DNA of 64,000 bases from an uncultured Candidatus Rokubacteria bacterium (GCA_963789955.1 CAWBMV010000037.1:384001-448000); one strand, 5' to 3'; counted from the stretch's first letter, positions 40,561-52,407 are shown. Numbers and translations: made by a program. Notes: generated by a model not told the origin, from the sequence alone.

Positions 40561-41250
40561 TCAGACCGCTAGATGCTGCCTGACCATCTCGGGCCGCAAG
40601 TCCCGCGTCGCTCCCGAGGCGACGACGGCGCCCTTGGCCATGATCACGTACTTGTCGGCGAGTCGCTCCGCGAAGTCAAGGTACTGCTCGACCAGGAGGA
40701 CGGCCAGCTTGAGCTCGGCCTTGATGCGCTGGAGCGCCTCTTCGATCTCGAGGATGATCGAGGGCTGGATGCCTTCGGTCGGCTCGTCGAGCATGAGCAG
40801 CTTCGGCTTGGTGAGCAAGGCGCGTCCGATCGCGAGCATCTGCTGCTCGCCGCCCGAGAGCACGCCGCCCTTGCGTGCCAGCAGCGGCTTGAGCGCCGGG
40901 AAGAGGGCGAGCGGTTCGTCGAGGGAGGCGGCGCGGCCGCAGCCGAGCAGCGCCATCCGGAGATTCTCCTCGACCGAGAGATGCGGGAAGATCTCGCGCC
41001 CTTGCGGCACGTAGCCGATGCCGGCCCGCGCCCGCCGGTCGGGCGACCACGTCGTGATGTCGGATCCGTCGAACATCAGGCGTCCGCCGCGCGCCGGCAA
41101 GAGCCCGATCGTGGTCTTGAGCAACGTGGTCTTGCCGACGCCGTTGCGTCCCATGAGACAGACCAGCTCGCCGGCCCGCACCTCGAGGTCGACACCCCAC
41201 AGCACCTGCGACTGACCGTAGGCGACGTCGAGGCCGCTAATGGACAGCAT
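40561..41250 (-). CDS. urtE: Urea ABC transporter ATP-binding subunit UrtE
   Basis: GRNGVGKTT, YVPQGREIFP, LSGGEQQ, LDEPTEGIQPSI. Confidence 0.93.
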   Translation of the reverse strand: MLSISGLDVAYGQSQVLWGVDLEVRAGELVCLMGRNGVGKTTLLKTTIGLLPARGGRLMFDGSDITTWSPDRRARAGIGYVPQGREIFPHLSVEENLRMALLGCGRAASLDEPLALFPALKPLLARKGGVLSGGEQQMLAIGRALLTKPKLLMLDEPTEGIQPSIILEIEEALQRIKAELKLAVLLVEQYLDFAERLADKYVIMAKGAVVASGATRDLRPEMVRQHLAV

Positions 41251-42043
41251 CGGCCCCCTCGCGCTTGCGCCCCAGATACACCTCGAGGACGCGCGGATCG
41301 TTCTGAACCTGCTCGACCGGCCCTTCGCACAGCACGGTCCCCTGATGCAGCACCGTCACCTGGCGGGCGATCTGCCTCACGAACTCCATGTCGTGCTCGA
41401 TGACGAGCACCGAGCGGTCCGCGGCGATCGACTCCAGCAGCTCGCCCGTGCGCTCGGTTTCTTCGTCGGTCATGCCGGCGACCGGCTCGTCGACCAGCAG
41501 GAGCTCCGGGTCCTGCGCGATGACCATCCCGATCTCGAGCCACTGCTTCTCGCCGTGCGACAAGGCACCGGCCATGCTCTCGGCTTTCGCCTCGAGCTTC
41601 ACTGTTTGCAGGGTCTGGACGATTCGCGCCCGCTCCTCACCGGCGTCGCGCTGGCGCAGCGCGGCGAACACGCCTTTCGACGGCCGCCGGAGCGAGAGCT
41701 CGACGTTGTCCCAGACCGTGAGGTTCACGAACACCGACGGCGTCTGGAACTTGCGGCCGATCCCGAGCTGCGCGATCGCGTTCTCGCGGAGCGGCAAGAG
41801 GTCCGTGCTGTGACCGAAGATGACGCGGCCGCTCTCGGGCTTGACGCGACCCGAGATGACGTCGAGCAGCGTCGTCTTGCCGGCGCCGTTGGGGCCGATG
41901 ACGACGCGGAGCTCGCGGCGGTCCATGAAGAAGTTCAGACGGCTCAACGCCTTGAATCCGTCGTAGTTCACCGTCACGTCTTCCAGGTAGATGATGCTCG
42001 CGGCGCGCGTCGGCCGCTCGGACGCCGGAGGCGGCGGCGTCAT
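41237..42043 (-). CDS. urtD: Urea ABC transporter ATP-binding subunit UrtD
   Basis: GFKAL, GPNGAGKTT, GRKFQTP, LSHGEKQWLEIGM, DEPVAGMT, VYLG. Confidence 0.93.
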   Translation of the reverse strand: MTPPPPASERPTRAASIIYLEDVTVNYDGFKALSRLNFFMDRRELRVVIGPNGAGKTTLLDVISGRVKPESGRVIFGHSTDLLPLRENAIAQLGIGRKFQTPSVFVNLTVWDNVELSLRRPSKGVFAALRQRDAGEERARIVQTLQTVKLEAKAESMAGALSHGEKQWLEIGMVIAQDPELLLVDEPVAGMTDEETERTGELLESIAADRSVLVIEHDMEFVRQIARQVTVLHQGTVLCEGPVEQVQNDPRVLEVYLGRKREGADAVH

Positions 42044-43173
42044 GGCGTCGGCCGCCCGAGCGAGACGCTGGGGGTCGAGACCGCCGGGTCCGGTCGTCGC
42101 GACACGATCCGGCGCACGCGCGCGCCCAGGCGGCCGAGCGCGCCGACGATGCCGTCCGGGAAGAACAGCACCGCGCCCATGAAGAGGCCGCCCAGGAAGA
42201 GGAGCCAGAGGTCGGGGTAGCTCGTGGTGAGCCAGCTCTGGATCCAGTTCACGCCGAACGCGCCGAGCACGGCGCCGTAGAGCGTGCCGCGGCCGCCCGC
42301 GGCGACCCACACGACCATCTCGATCGAGGGCAGCACGCCGATCTTCGCCGGCGTGATGATGCCGACTTGCGGCGCGTAGAGCGCGCCGGCGATCCCGGCC
42401 AGCGCCGCGGACACCACGAACACGAAGAGCTTGTAGGCCGCCGGCGAGTAGCCGGAGAACAGCACGCGCGTCTCGCTGTCGCGGATGGCGACGAGCACCT
42501 TGCCCGCGCGCGTCAAGGTGATCCAGCGGCACAGCACGTACGCGCCGATCAAGGTCAGCGCGGTCGCGACGTAGAGGCCGCGCTGGGTCGCCGGCCGGTT
42601 CAGCGGAAAGCCGAAGATCGTCTTGAAGTCGGCGAGGCCGTTGGTGCCGCCGAGGTTCATCTCGTTGCGGTTGAATACGAGCCACGCGCTGAGCGCCAGG
42701 GCCTGCGTGATGATCGAGAAGTAGACACCGCGGATCCGGCTCCGGAACGCCAAATAGCCGAAGGCGAAGCCGAAGAGCGCCGGGACCAGCACGATCGCCA
42801 GCAGGGTGAACGCGGCGCTGTGAAAGGGCCACCAGAACAGCGGCAGGCTCTTGACCTGGTTCCAGACCATGAAGTCGGGCAGCGCGCTCTGGTAGACGCT
42901 CTTCGACCCGATCTCGAGCATGAGGTGCATGCCCATCGCGTAGGCGCCCAGGCCGAAGAACACGCCGTGGCCGAGCGAGAGCACGCCCGCGTAGCCCCAC
43001 AGGAGATCGAGGCCGAGCCCGAGGATCGCGTAGGTGAGGAATTTGCCGAACAGGTTCAGGGTGAAGTTCGAGATCGAGAACGGCGACCCCGGCGGCAGCA
43101 TGTTGCAGAGGGGCAGCACGACCGCGACGACGATCGCCACGATCCCGAGTGCGACGGCCTCACGCTTCGGCAT
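42040..43173 (-). CDS. urtC: Urea ABC transporter permease UrtC
   Basis: LLWGYAGVLSLGHG, LPDFMVWN, RGVYFSIITQA, AIRDSETR. Confidence 0.93.
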   Translation of the reverse strand: MPKREAVALGIVAIVVAVVLPLCNMLPPGSPFSISNFTLNLFGKFLTYAILGLGLDLLWGYAGVLSLGHGVFFGLGAYAMGMHLMLEIGSKSVYQSALPDFMVWNQVKSLPLFWWPFHSAAFTLLAIVLVPALFGFAFGYLAFRSRIRGVYFSIITQALALSAWLVFNRNEMNLGGTNGLADFKTIFGFPLNRPATQRGLYVATALTLIGAYVLCRWITLTRAGKVLVAIRDSETRVLFSGYSPAAYKLFVFVVSAALAGIAGALYAPQVGIITPAKIGVLPSIEMVVWVAAGGRGTLYGAVLGAFGVNWIQSWLTTSYPDLWLLFLGGLFMGAVLFFPDGIVGALGRLGARVRRIVSRRPDPAVSTPSVSLGRPTP

Positions 43174-44827
43174 TCCGTCCTCGCGAGGCGAAGAGGCCGG
43201 CCGGCCGACGCTGCAGGAAGAGGATGACGCCCACCAGGATCGCGACCTTGCCGAACACCGCGCCGAGCGCGGGCTCGATCCCCTTGGTGAGGCCACCGAG
43301 ACCGGCCGAAGCCAGGATCGTCCCCGCGAGCTTGCCGACACCACCGGTCACGACCACCATGAACGAATCGACGATGTAGTTCTGACCGAGCGACGGGCCG
43401 ACGTTGCCGATCTGGGTGAGCGCGCATCCGGCCAGGCCCGCGAGCCCGGCGCCGAAGGCGAACGTCGTGGCGTCCACCACGCCGGCGCGCACGCCCAGGC
43501 ACGAGCTCATCGCGCGGTTCTGGGTCACCGCGCGGATGCGGAGCCCGGCGCTGGTGCGGAAGAGGAGCCAGTACATCGCGGCGACCGACGCGGTCGCGAG
43601 CCCGATGATGAACACGCGGTTGTACGGCAAGGTGAGCCCGACCATCACGGGCACGCCGCCCGAGAGCCACGACGGCGAGCTCACGTCCACGTTCGCTGCG
43701 CCGAACCAGAGGCGAAGACCTTGCTGGATGATCAGCGAGGCGCCCCACGTCAGCAGCAAGGTCTCGAGCGGCCGCCCGTAGAGGAGCCGGATGACGCCGC
43801 GCTCGAGCACCAGCCCGACGGCCGCCGCCACCAGGAACGAGACCGGCAGCGCCACCAGGAAGTAGGAATCGAAGTGCGACGGCCACGTCGCGCGGAACCA
43901 GTTCTGCACGACGAAGGTCGCGTAGGCGCCGAGCGCCATCAGCTCGCCGTGCGCCATGTTGATCACGCCCATCAGCCCGAAGACGACCGCCAGGCCGAGC
44001 GCCATCAGGAGCAGGATCGAGCCGAGCGAGGCGCCCTGGAACACGGTCTCGACGGTGCGCGTCAGCAGGCCCCAGCGCTCGATGCCTCGAATCGCGTGCA
44101 GGGCGGCCTCGCGCTCGGCCGGTGACGCGCTGCCGTCCGTCGCGAGCCGCTGGAGTGCGGCAACCGCGCTTTCCGAATGGAGGTCGCCCAGGCTGCGCGC
44201 CGCCGCGGTGCGCTGCGCCGGGGTGCCGTTGGCCAGGTGAATCAGCGCTAACGCCTCCGCGAGCGCATGGCGCACCCAGCGATCGGATTCCTTCTTCAGC
44301 GCTTCTTCGACGACGGGGGCCGCGGTGGCCACGGCCTGGTTGCCGAGCTTCACGGCGGCGCCACGCCGCACGGCGGGATCGGGGTCGGCGAGCTGCACCT
44401 GCGTCTCGTCGGCGTCGAGGAACGGTTTGATGGCCAGCCGGAGGCGGCGGTCGGCCGGCACTTCTTTGAGCTCGGTCAGCGGCACCGTGCCCAGCGGCTC
44501 ACGATCGTACGCGCCGCTGACGTCGATCACGTCCTGGTCGCCCTTGGTGGCCTTGCTGCCGCCGACCACGAGCTCGGTCTTGCCGGCCCGCGTGCGCGCG
44601 TAGACGCTCCCGTCGCGGAGCGCGCTCAGGAATTGAATCCATTTCGGGTCCCGCGTCTGGCCGATCACGGCGACGGCCGCTTCCCGCTTGTCCGCGTCGT
44701 CACCCGTGAGATCGGTCAGCGCCGCGGCGACCTCGGGAGAGGCCGCGGGAGCGGCGGCCGCGTGGCCCGCCGCTCCCGCGGCGAGCCACGCGACCAGCGA
44801 AAGGAGAACGATGAGACGAGAGATCAC
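43160..44827 (-). CDS. urtB: Urea ABC transporter permease UrtB with periplasmic HEAT-like N-terminus
   Basis: FGLMGVINMAHGE, LYGRPLETLL, RAVTQNR, YIVDSFMVVV. Confidence 0.93.
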   Translation of the reverse strand: MISRLIVLLSLVAWLAAGAAGHAAAAPAASPEVAAALTDLTGDDADKREAAVAVIGQTRDPKWIQFLSALRDGSVYARTRAGKTELVVGGSKATKGDQDVIDVSGAYDREPLGTVPLTELKEVPADRRLRLAIKPFLDADETQVQLADPDPAVRRGAAVKLGNQAVATAAPVVEEALKKESDRWVRHALAEALALIHLANGTPAQRTAAARSLGDLHSESAVAALQRLATDGSASPAEREAALHAIRGIERWGLLTRTVETVFQGASLGSILLLMALGLAVVFGLMGVINMAHGELMALGAYATFVVQNWFRATWPSHFDSYFLVALPVSFLVAAAVGLVLERGVIRLLYGRPLETLLLTWGASLIIQQGLRLWFGAANVDVSSPSWLSGGVPVMVGLTLPYNRVFIIGLATASVAAMYWLLFRTSAGLRIRAVTQNRAMSSCLGVRAGVVDATTFAFGAGLAGLAGCALTQIGNVGPSLGQNYIVDSFMVVVTGGVGKLAGTILASAGLGGLTKGIEPALGAVFGKVAILVGVILFLQRRPAGLFASRGRNAEA

Positions 44828-46131
44828 GCCTTCTTCTGATACGTGCCCTGATGGTTGATCCAGTCACAGCCCTTGTCCGGGCTCGTGTACTTGCTCCACG
44901 GTTCCGGCTCGACCGTACCGTTCGGGCCCGTGCCCTTCACCCGGCTGATGATCTTGAACTGGCCGTCCTTCAGGATCTCGCCGATCAGCACCGGCCGGTA
45001 GGTGTGCTGGTTGTACTCGTGCATCTTGATCGGACCGCCCGGCGCCATGAACGTCTGGCCGTACACGGCCTTGCGGACCGGGTCGACATCGAAGCTCTTC
45101 GCCTTCTCGACTGCCTGCTTCCAGATGTAGACGCCGAAGTAGGCGGCCTCCATCGGATCGTCGGTGACGCGCTTGGCGCCGCCCGGCAGCTTGGTCTTTT
45201 CGCTGTAGTTCTTGAACGCCTGGACGAATTTCTTGTTCTGGGGCGCGTCGACCGACTGGAAATAGTTCCAGGCGGCGAGGTGGCCGACCAGGGCCGACGT
45301 GTCCATACCGCGCAGCTCGTCCTCGGCCACGCTGTAGGCCATGATCGGGGCGTTCTCGGAGCGGAGCCCCTGGTTCGCGAACTCCTTGTAGAAGGGCACG
45401 TTGCTGTCGCCGTTGATCGTCGAGAGCACGCAGGCGCCGCCGCCCGAGGAGAACCGCTTGATCTTGCCGACGATCGTCTGATAGTCCTGATGGTTGAACG
45501 GCGTGTACTCTTCCTCGATGTTGGCGGCCGGCACGCCCTTGGCGAGCAGGAACGCGCGCAGGATCTTGTTGGCCGTGCGCGGGAAGACGTAGTCGGTGCC
45601 CAGCAGGTAGAACTTCTTGTAGCTTCCGCCTTCCTTCGACATCAGGTACTCCGCGCCGGGGACCAGCTGCTGGTTCGGCGTGGCGCCGGTGTAGAAGACG
45701 TTCTTCGAGCACTCCTCACCTTCGTACTGCACGGGATAGAAGAGCAGGCCGTTGTTGTTCTCGAAGACCGGCAGCACCGACTTGCGGCTGACCGAGGTCC
45801 AGCAGCCGAAGACGACCGAGACCTTGTCCTGCAGCAGGAGCTGCTTGGCCTTCTCGGCGAAGAGATCCCAGTTCGACGCCGGATCGACGACGACGGGCGA
45901 GATCTTCTTGCCCATCACGCCGCCCTTCGCGTTGATCTCCTCGACGGCCATGAGCACGACGTCTCGGAGCGAGACCTCGCTGATCGCCATCGTCCCCGAG
46001 AGCGAGTGCAGGACACCGATCTTGACGGTTTCCTGCGCCCTCAGGACGTTGGGGAAGCTGAGGCCGGCGCCGACGGCCGTGGATGCCAGCAGGCCCCCCT
46101 TGATGAAGTCGCGACGTGAAAACTCCGCCAT
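44824..46131 (-). CDS. urtA: Urea ABC transporter substrate-binding protein UrtA (Tat signal)
   Basis: SRRDFIK Tat motif, LHSLSGTMAISE, FGCWTSVSRKSV, YPVQYEGEE, TDYVFPRT, TINGDSN. Confidence 0.95.
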   Translation of the reverse strand: MAEFSRRDFIKGGLLASTAVGAGLSFPNVLRAQETVKIGVLHSLSGTMAISEVSLRDVVLMAVEEINAKGGVMGKKISPVVVDPASNWDLFAEKAKQLLLQDKVSVVFGCWTSVSRKSVLPVFENNNGLLFYPVQYEGEECSKNVFYTGATPNQQLVPGAEYLMSKEGGSYKKFYLLGTDYVFPRTANKILRAFLLAKGVPAANIEEEYTPFNHQDYQTIVGKIKRFSSGGGACVLSTINGDSNVPFYKEFANQGLRSENAPIMAYSVAEDELRGMDTSALVGHLAAWNYFQSVDAPQNKKFVQAFKNYSEKTKLPGGAKRVTDDPMEAAYFGVYIWKQAVEKAKSFDVDPVRKAVYGQTFMAPGGPIKMHEYNQHTYRPVLIGEILKDGQFKIISRVKGTGPNGTVEPEPWSKYTSPDKGCDWINHQGTYQKKA

Positions 46132-46162
46132 TTCCGTCTCCTTTCGTGTGGGTGGTCTCGGT

Positions 46163-46207
46163 CGCGACGTCATTGGCGCGCCTCCCGCGGACGTTATTGG
46201 CCGCAGG
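46163..46207 (-). promoter_or_regulatory. Candidate ANTAR-binding dual-hairpin leader of urtA
   Basis: mRNA CCUGCGG-CCAAUAACGU-CCGCGGG and CGCG-CCAAUGACGU-CGCG: two stems with near-identical loops. Confidence 0.6.
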
Positions 46208-46221
46208 CTGGCCTCGGTATC

Positions 46222-46237
46222 AGCAAAGGCCGTACCG
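46222..46237 (-). promoter_or_regulatory. Sigma-54 promoter of the urt-ure operon
   Basis: Minus strand CGGTACGGCCTTTGCT (GG-N10-GC). Confidence 0.7.
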
Positions 46238-46293
46238 GAAACGCTATGTGTTTCTTTTCGGTATCTTGGCGAGCGGTAAGGCCGGGCGAATGC

Positions 46294-46890
46294 TCAATGC
46301 GTAGGCACGTCGGAGGCGACTGACTCTGACACGAGCAGGGCCTTGGCGATGTCCACCATGGGACGGCGGCTGTCCATCGCGGCCCGACGGAGCCGGCGGA
46401 AGGCTTCGTCCTCGCTCAGCTGGTAGCGCGCCATCAAACGCCCCTTCGCACGCTCGATGATCTTCCGCTCTTCGAGCGAGCGGCGGAGATCGCGGGTCTC
46501 GCCGAATCGCGCGACCGCGAGGTCGAGGACGGGCGCGAGCTCCGCCGCGCGAAGCGGCTTGAGCAGGTAGGACATCACGCCGGCCGAGCGCGCCCGATCG
46601 ACGAGCTCCTGGCGTGTGTGGCTCGTGAAGAGAACGACGGGACAGCCGGCGTCGATCAGCTGGCGCGCCATTTCGATCCCGTCGCCGTCGGGCAATCCGA
46701 TGGCGCAGACGGCCACGTCGGGAGTCGTGCGGCGCGCCAGGCTCAGCGCGTCGGCGCAGCGCACGGCCTCGCCGACTACCTCGCCGCCCGCCGCCCAGAT
46801 CGCGGCGCGCAGCGCCGCGCGTGAGCGCTCGTGGTCGTCGAGAATCGCGACCCGCCAGCGCGGGTCGCCCTTCGGCCCCTCGCTCGCCAT
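46294..46890 (-). CDS. ANTAR domain regulator with pseudo-receiver (AmiR/NasT-like)
   Basis: Receiver fold with Ala at the phospho-Asp position (PDVAVCAIGLP); ANTAR LEERKIIERAKGRLM...AFRRLRRAAMD. Confidence 0.92.
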   Translation of the reverse strand: MASEGPKGDPRWRVAILDDHERSRAALRAAIWAAGGEVVGEAVRCADALSLARRTTPDVAVCAIGLPDGDGIEMARQLIDAGCPVVLFTSHTRQELVDRARSAGVMSYLLKPLRAAELAPVLDLAVARFGETRDLRRSLEERKIIERAKGRLMARYQLSEDEAFRRLRRAAMDSRRPMVDIAKALLVSESVASDVPTH

Positions 46891-46902
46891 GGTCGCGGTG
46901 AT

Positions 46903-46918
46903 CGCAAGCCCGGTGCCA
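46903..46918 (-). promoter_or_regulatory. Sigma-54 promoter of the ANTAR gene (near-leaderless)
   Basis: Minus strand TGGCACCGGGCTTGCG, near consensus, ending 12 nt before the ATG. Confidence 0.78.
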
Positions 46919-47076
46919 GAGGCCGAGAAAAGCCGAGTCAGAGAATCAATGGCTTAGCGGCGTGGACGTCGCACCCCGTGCTCAGCGACACGGCATCTCG
47001 CGGGATTCTGCTGTTTTCCCGAGCAGTGCCCTCGCCCCTGGCGCGAGCGCGCGACGCCACGCGTATACTTCCGGCC

Positions 47077-47853
47077 GTGAGCGTCCGCGGGCACCGCTGG
47101 CCGCGACACGGATGGATCGTGGTGGCTCTCGCGGTGGGCATGGTCTGGCCGGTATGGGCCGTCACCGGAAAGGCGCGAGAGCTGGTCCGGCAGGCCGATC
47201 AGCTCCAGGCCGCCCCCGATGCATCCAATGAATCCTCGCAGCGAGCCATCGCGCTCTACCAGGAGGCGGCGGGGCTCGAACCGAACAGCGCTGAAATCCA
47301 GCTGAAGCTGGCGGATGCGGCGCTCACGGTCGCCGCCTGGACGAGCGGGGACCGGCTGCGCTGGTATCAGCTCGGCCGGACCGCCGCGGAGCGGGCGGTC
47401 GTTCTCGATCAGAACGACGCGGAGGCCCTGTTCCTGCTTGCCGCGCACCGCGGCCAGATCGCGAAGCCTCCAGAAGGACCTCGGAGGGCTCGTCGTGCCC
47501 CAGGAGCTCGAGCGCCTCCTGTCGCGCGCTCTGGCCTTGAACCCGCGTCACGCGCGGGCGCTGCACATGATGGGCGTGCTGCTCGAGCGGACGCCCGCGC
47601 CGCTGCGGCTCCTCCTGAAAGGAAGCGCCCGCGATGCGGAGAAGTATCTCGTCGCCGCGATCGAGTCCGACCCGAACTTCTCCGAAGCGCGCCTGGATCT
47701 GGCGAGGCACTACGCGAGCCGCCGGCAGACTGCGCAAGCGCGCGCGCAGATTCGGCCGTGCTGCAGATGACGTCTCCGACACGTCCGCGCGCGTGGCGTG
47801 AGAAGCATCGGCCGGCGGCCGAGGCGTTGCTGAGAGAGCTGCCCGCCGAGTGA
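47077..47853 (+). CDS. Exported TPR-like protein (frameshifts near 47465 and 47750)
   Basis: Signal-like segment, then repeated helix pairs (AAGLEPNS, ALALNPRH, AIESDPNF..ARLDLA). Confidence 0.65.
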   Translation: MSVRGHRWPRHGWIVVALAVGMVWPVWAVTGKARELVRQADQLQAAPDASNESSQRAIALYQEAAGLEPNSAEIQLKLADAALTVAAWTSGDRLRWYQLGRTAAERAVVLDQNDAEALFLLAAHRGQIAKPPEGPRRARRAPGARAPPVARSGLEPASRAGAAHDGRAARADARAAAAPPERKRPRCGEVSRRRDRVRPELLRSAPGSGEALREPPADCASARADSAVLQMTSPTRPRAWREKHRPAAEALLRELPAE

Positions 47854-47924
47854 GTTTCCGGCCCGTTGCGGCCATTCCATCGACCACCTGGATAACGCGA
47901 AAGGGCCCCCTGTAGAATGCGCCC

Positions 47925-48729
47925 ATGTCGGAGCCCGTCCTCTCCCGACGTGCCGTTCTCCTGGGGCTGGGCTCGCTCGTCCTGGGTCTCTCGCTCCCGA
48001 CGCGATACGCGGCGGCCACCTCTCCGGCCGCGCGGACCTTCGACTACCGCGTCGACATCTCGATGCTTTTCGACCTCCTCCGTTATTCCGTCGGGGGAGC
48101 ATGCTCGAAGAGGTGGATGCCCGAGCCGGACGCTATCGCGTCCTCATCAACGGGAGCGGCACCGGCGTTTCCTCGCGCGTCGAAGCGCAAGGCCTGATCG
48201 AGAACGATCGCTATCGCCCGCTGGAGCTGAAGAGCGCTCACTCCTTCGTGGGCCGACCGAGCTCGCTCTCGATCACCTATGACTACGCGCGCGGACTCGT
48301 GAGCTACCACGCCGTCGGGCACACGCTGCTCAGCGGCCGACGCCGGCAGGTGGACGACGTGGTGGTCCTCCCTCCGGCCAGCCCGTCGACGATGCTGTCT
48401 CCGCAAGTCTGAACTTCGCCGCGGGACGCCTCGAGCAAGGTTCGGACGGTGCGTACCGAATGGCTGTCCTCCGTCGATCGCGACCGACCGGCGAAGGGCC
48501 GGACGACGTCACGCCCGGCGCCTATCGCGTCGGGGTCGTGCCCGTGCGTTTCCAGGTCGAGCCCGATCCCGGCACCGGCAAGCTGATCGCGCGGCTCGAC
48601 ATGTCCGGCTGGTCGTCCTGGGCCCGCGCCGACCAGCCGGCCCGTCTCGTCTTCACCCCCGAGCGACGCTTGGAGTCGATCGAATCTCGCTTGATCTGGG
48701 GAAGCACGGTCCGGATGCGCCTCTCGTAG
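47925..48729 (+). CDS. Tat-exported hypothetical protein (two frameshifts)
   Basis: LSRRAVLLG Tat-like signal; continues through ORFs 48101-48412 and 48460-48729. Confidence 0.6.
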
Positions 48730-48850
48730 GCGGCGAGCATGCCGGCGTGCGCCGAGGGCGCCGAAACAACGCCGTGACGTTCGACGAGCACATTTCGAGC
48801 GCCGGCTTTGCCGGCGCCACGATCGAAACGCGACGGCGAGGGCAACCCGG

Positions 48851-48892
48851 TGGGGGGCATCGGGGGGAGCGGCGCTCGCTCCCCCCGATCAA
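48851..48892. repeat. G6/C6 palindrome after glnA (same family as 37366-37392; may act as terminator)
   Basis: TGGGGGGC-ATCGGGGGGAGCG-GCGCT-CGCTCCCCCCGAT-CAA. Confidence 0.7.
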
Positions 48893-48894
48893 GG

Positions 48895-50319
48895 TCAAAT
48901 ATCGAAGTAGAGCGCGAACTCCCACGGATGCGGCCGCAGCCGCACCGCGTCGACCTCGTTCTTGCGCTTGTACTCGATCCACGTCTCGATGACGTCCGGC
49001 GTGAACACGTCGCCCTTGAGGAGCCAGTCGTGCGACTTCTCGAGGTTGTCGAGCACGATCGAGAGATCGCCCGGCAGCTGCTTGATCTTCTTCTGCTCGG
49101 CCGGCGGCAGCTCGTACAGGTCCTTGTCTACCGGCTTGCCCGGGTCGATCTTGTTGGCGACGCCGTCGAGGCCCGCCATCAGGCACGCCGCGAACGACAG
49201 GTACGGGTTGCAGGTCGGATCCGGCGTGCGGAACTCAATCCGCTTGGCGCCTTCCGACTTCGAGTACATCGGGATCCGGATCGCCGCCGAACGGTTGCGC
49301 TGGCTGTAGACCAGGTTGATCGGCGCTTCATACCCCGGCACCAGACGCTTGTAGGAGTTGGTCGACGGCGCGATCAGCGCGAGCAGCGCCGGCGCGTGCT
49401 TCAGGATGCCGCCGATGTAGTAGAGGCACATCTTCGAGATGTCGGCGTAGCCGCCCCGCTCGTAGAAGAGGTTCTTGCCGCCCTTCCAGAGCGACTGATG
49501 GGTGTGCATGCCGGAGCCGTTGTCCTGGAAGAGGGGCTTGGGCATGAAGGTCGCGGTCTTGCCCCACTTCCGCGCGGTGTTCTTCGCGCAGTACTTGTAC
49601 CAGCAGACCCGGTCGGCCATCTTCGTGAGCGTGTCGAAGCGCATGTCGATCTCGGTCTGGCCGCCGGACGCCACCTCGTGGTGGTGCACCTCGACCCGGA
49701 TGCCGACCGACTCCATCGCCAGCACCATGTCCGACCGGATGTCCTGGAACTTGTCCATCGGCGGCACCGGGAAGTAGCCCTGCTTGTAGCGCGGCTTGTA
49801 GCCGAGGTTCGGCTGCTCGGGCGTGCCCTCTTTGCCGGTGTTCCAGGCGCCGGCCTCGGAGTCGATGAAGTAGTAGCCGGAGTTGTAGTTCTGGTCGAAG
49901 CGGATCGAGTCGAAGAAGAAGAACTCGAGCTCGGGTCCGATATAGACCGTGTCGGCCAGCCCGGTCTTCTTGAGATAGGCCTCGGCCTTCTGAGCGATGT
50001 AGCGCGGGTCGCGCGTGTACGCCTTACCGGTGACCGGATCCTTGACGTTGCAGATCAACACCAACGTCGGCACCGCGGTGTACGGGTCCATCACCGCGGT
50101 GTTGGGATCGGGGATCAGCAGCATGTCGGACTCGTCGATCGACTGGAAACCACGGATCGACGACCCATCGAAGCCCAGACCGTCCTCGAAGATCTCTTCG
50201 CTGAGCTCGGATACCGGGATCGAGAAGTGCTGCCACAGGCCCGGCAAGTCGATGAACCGGAGGTCGACGATCTTGGCGCCCTTCTCCTTGGCCAGCTTCA
50301 GTACGTCCTTCGCCGTCAT
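48895..50319 (-). CDS. glnA: Glutamine synthetase type I
   Basis: [60 protein letters not shown] adenylylation site. Confidence 0.98.
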   Translation of the reverse strand: MTAKDVLKLAKEKGAKIVDLRFIDLPGLWQHFSIPVSELSEEIFEDGLGFDGSSIRGFQSIDESDMLLIPDPNTAVMDPYTAVPTLVLICNVKDPVTGKAYTRDPRYIAQKAEAYLKKTGLADTVYIGPELEFFFFDSIRFDQNYNSGYYFIDSEAGAWNTGKEGTPEQPNLGYKPRYKQGYFPVPPMDKFQDIRSDMVLAMESVGIRVEVHHHEVASGGQTEIDMRFDTLTKMADRVCWYKYCAKNTARKWGKTATFMPKPLFQDNGSGMHTHQSLWKGGKNLFYERGGYADISKMCLYYIGGILKHAPALLALIAPSTNSYKRLVPGYEAPINLVYSQRNRSAAIRIPMYSKSEGAKRIEFRTPDPTCNPYLSFAACLMAGLDGVANKIDPGKPVDKDLYELPPAEQKKIKQLPGDLSIVLDNLEKSHDWLLKGDVFTPDVIETWIEYKRKNEVDAVRLRPHPWEFALYFDI

Positions 50320-50407
50320 GCGCGACTCCTTCTGTGCTGAGTGATGAACAGCCCGCCTACGTTAAGGTCATCCGAGTGGTGAATCAAGCCCCGCCCGGCG
50401 CGCGGGC

Positions 50408-51883
<1,476 letters not shown>

Positions 51884-51935
51884 GGTAGATCCTCCCTTCG
51901 TTCGACCTCACGCTCACTCTCGGTGACTGTCTCTG

Positions 51936-52298
<363 letters not shown>

Positions 52299-52301
52299 TC
52301 A

Positions 52302-52317
52302 AGCAACCCCCGTGCCC
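52302..52317 (-). promoter_or_regulatory. Sigma-54 promoter of glnK-amtB(-glnA)
   Basis: Minus strand GGGCACGGGGGTTGCT matches GGCACG-N4-TTGC. Confidence 0.8.
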
Positions 52318-52375
52318 GGCGACGCTGCCTGCGAACCGTCAGAAAATCAGCCGCTTCGAGCGAGCCCCGACCGGT

Positions 52376-52407
52376 CGCACCAACGGGTCTTGCCCAACGA
52401 ATAGGCA
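52376..52407. promoter_or_regulatory. NtrC-like upstream activator boxes
   Basis: CGCACCAACG half-site and 17-bp TGCCCAACGAATAGGCA resemble TGCACCA-N3-TGGTGCA; 60-90 nt upstream of the sigma-54 site. Confidence 0.55.

Noticed and set aside
44050..44827. Novel HEAT-repeat domain on UrtB
   Set aside because: Long periplasmic N-terminal extensions are already common in UrtB proteins
50320..50407. Glutamine (glnA) riboswitch or second ANTAR site between amtB and glnA
   Set aside because: Only a GC hairpin and one CCT-TAACGT-AGG stem; no recognisable consensus or paired motif
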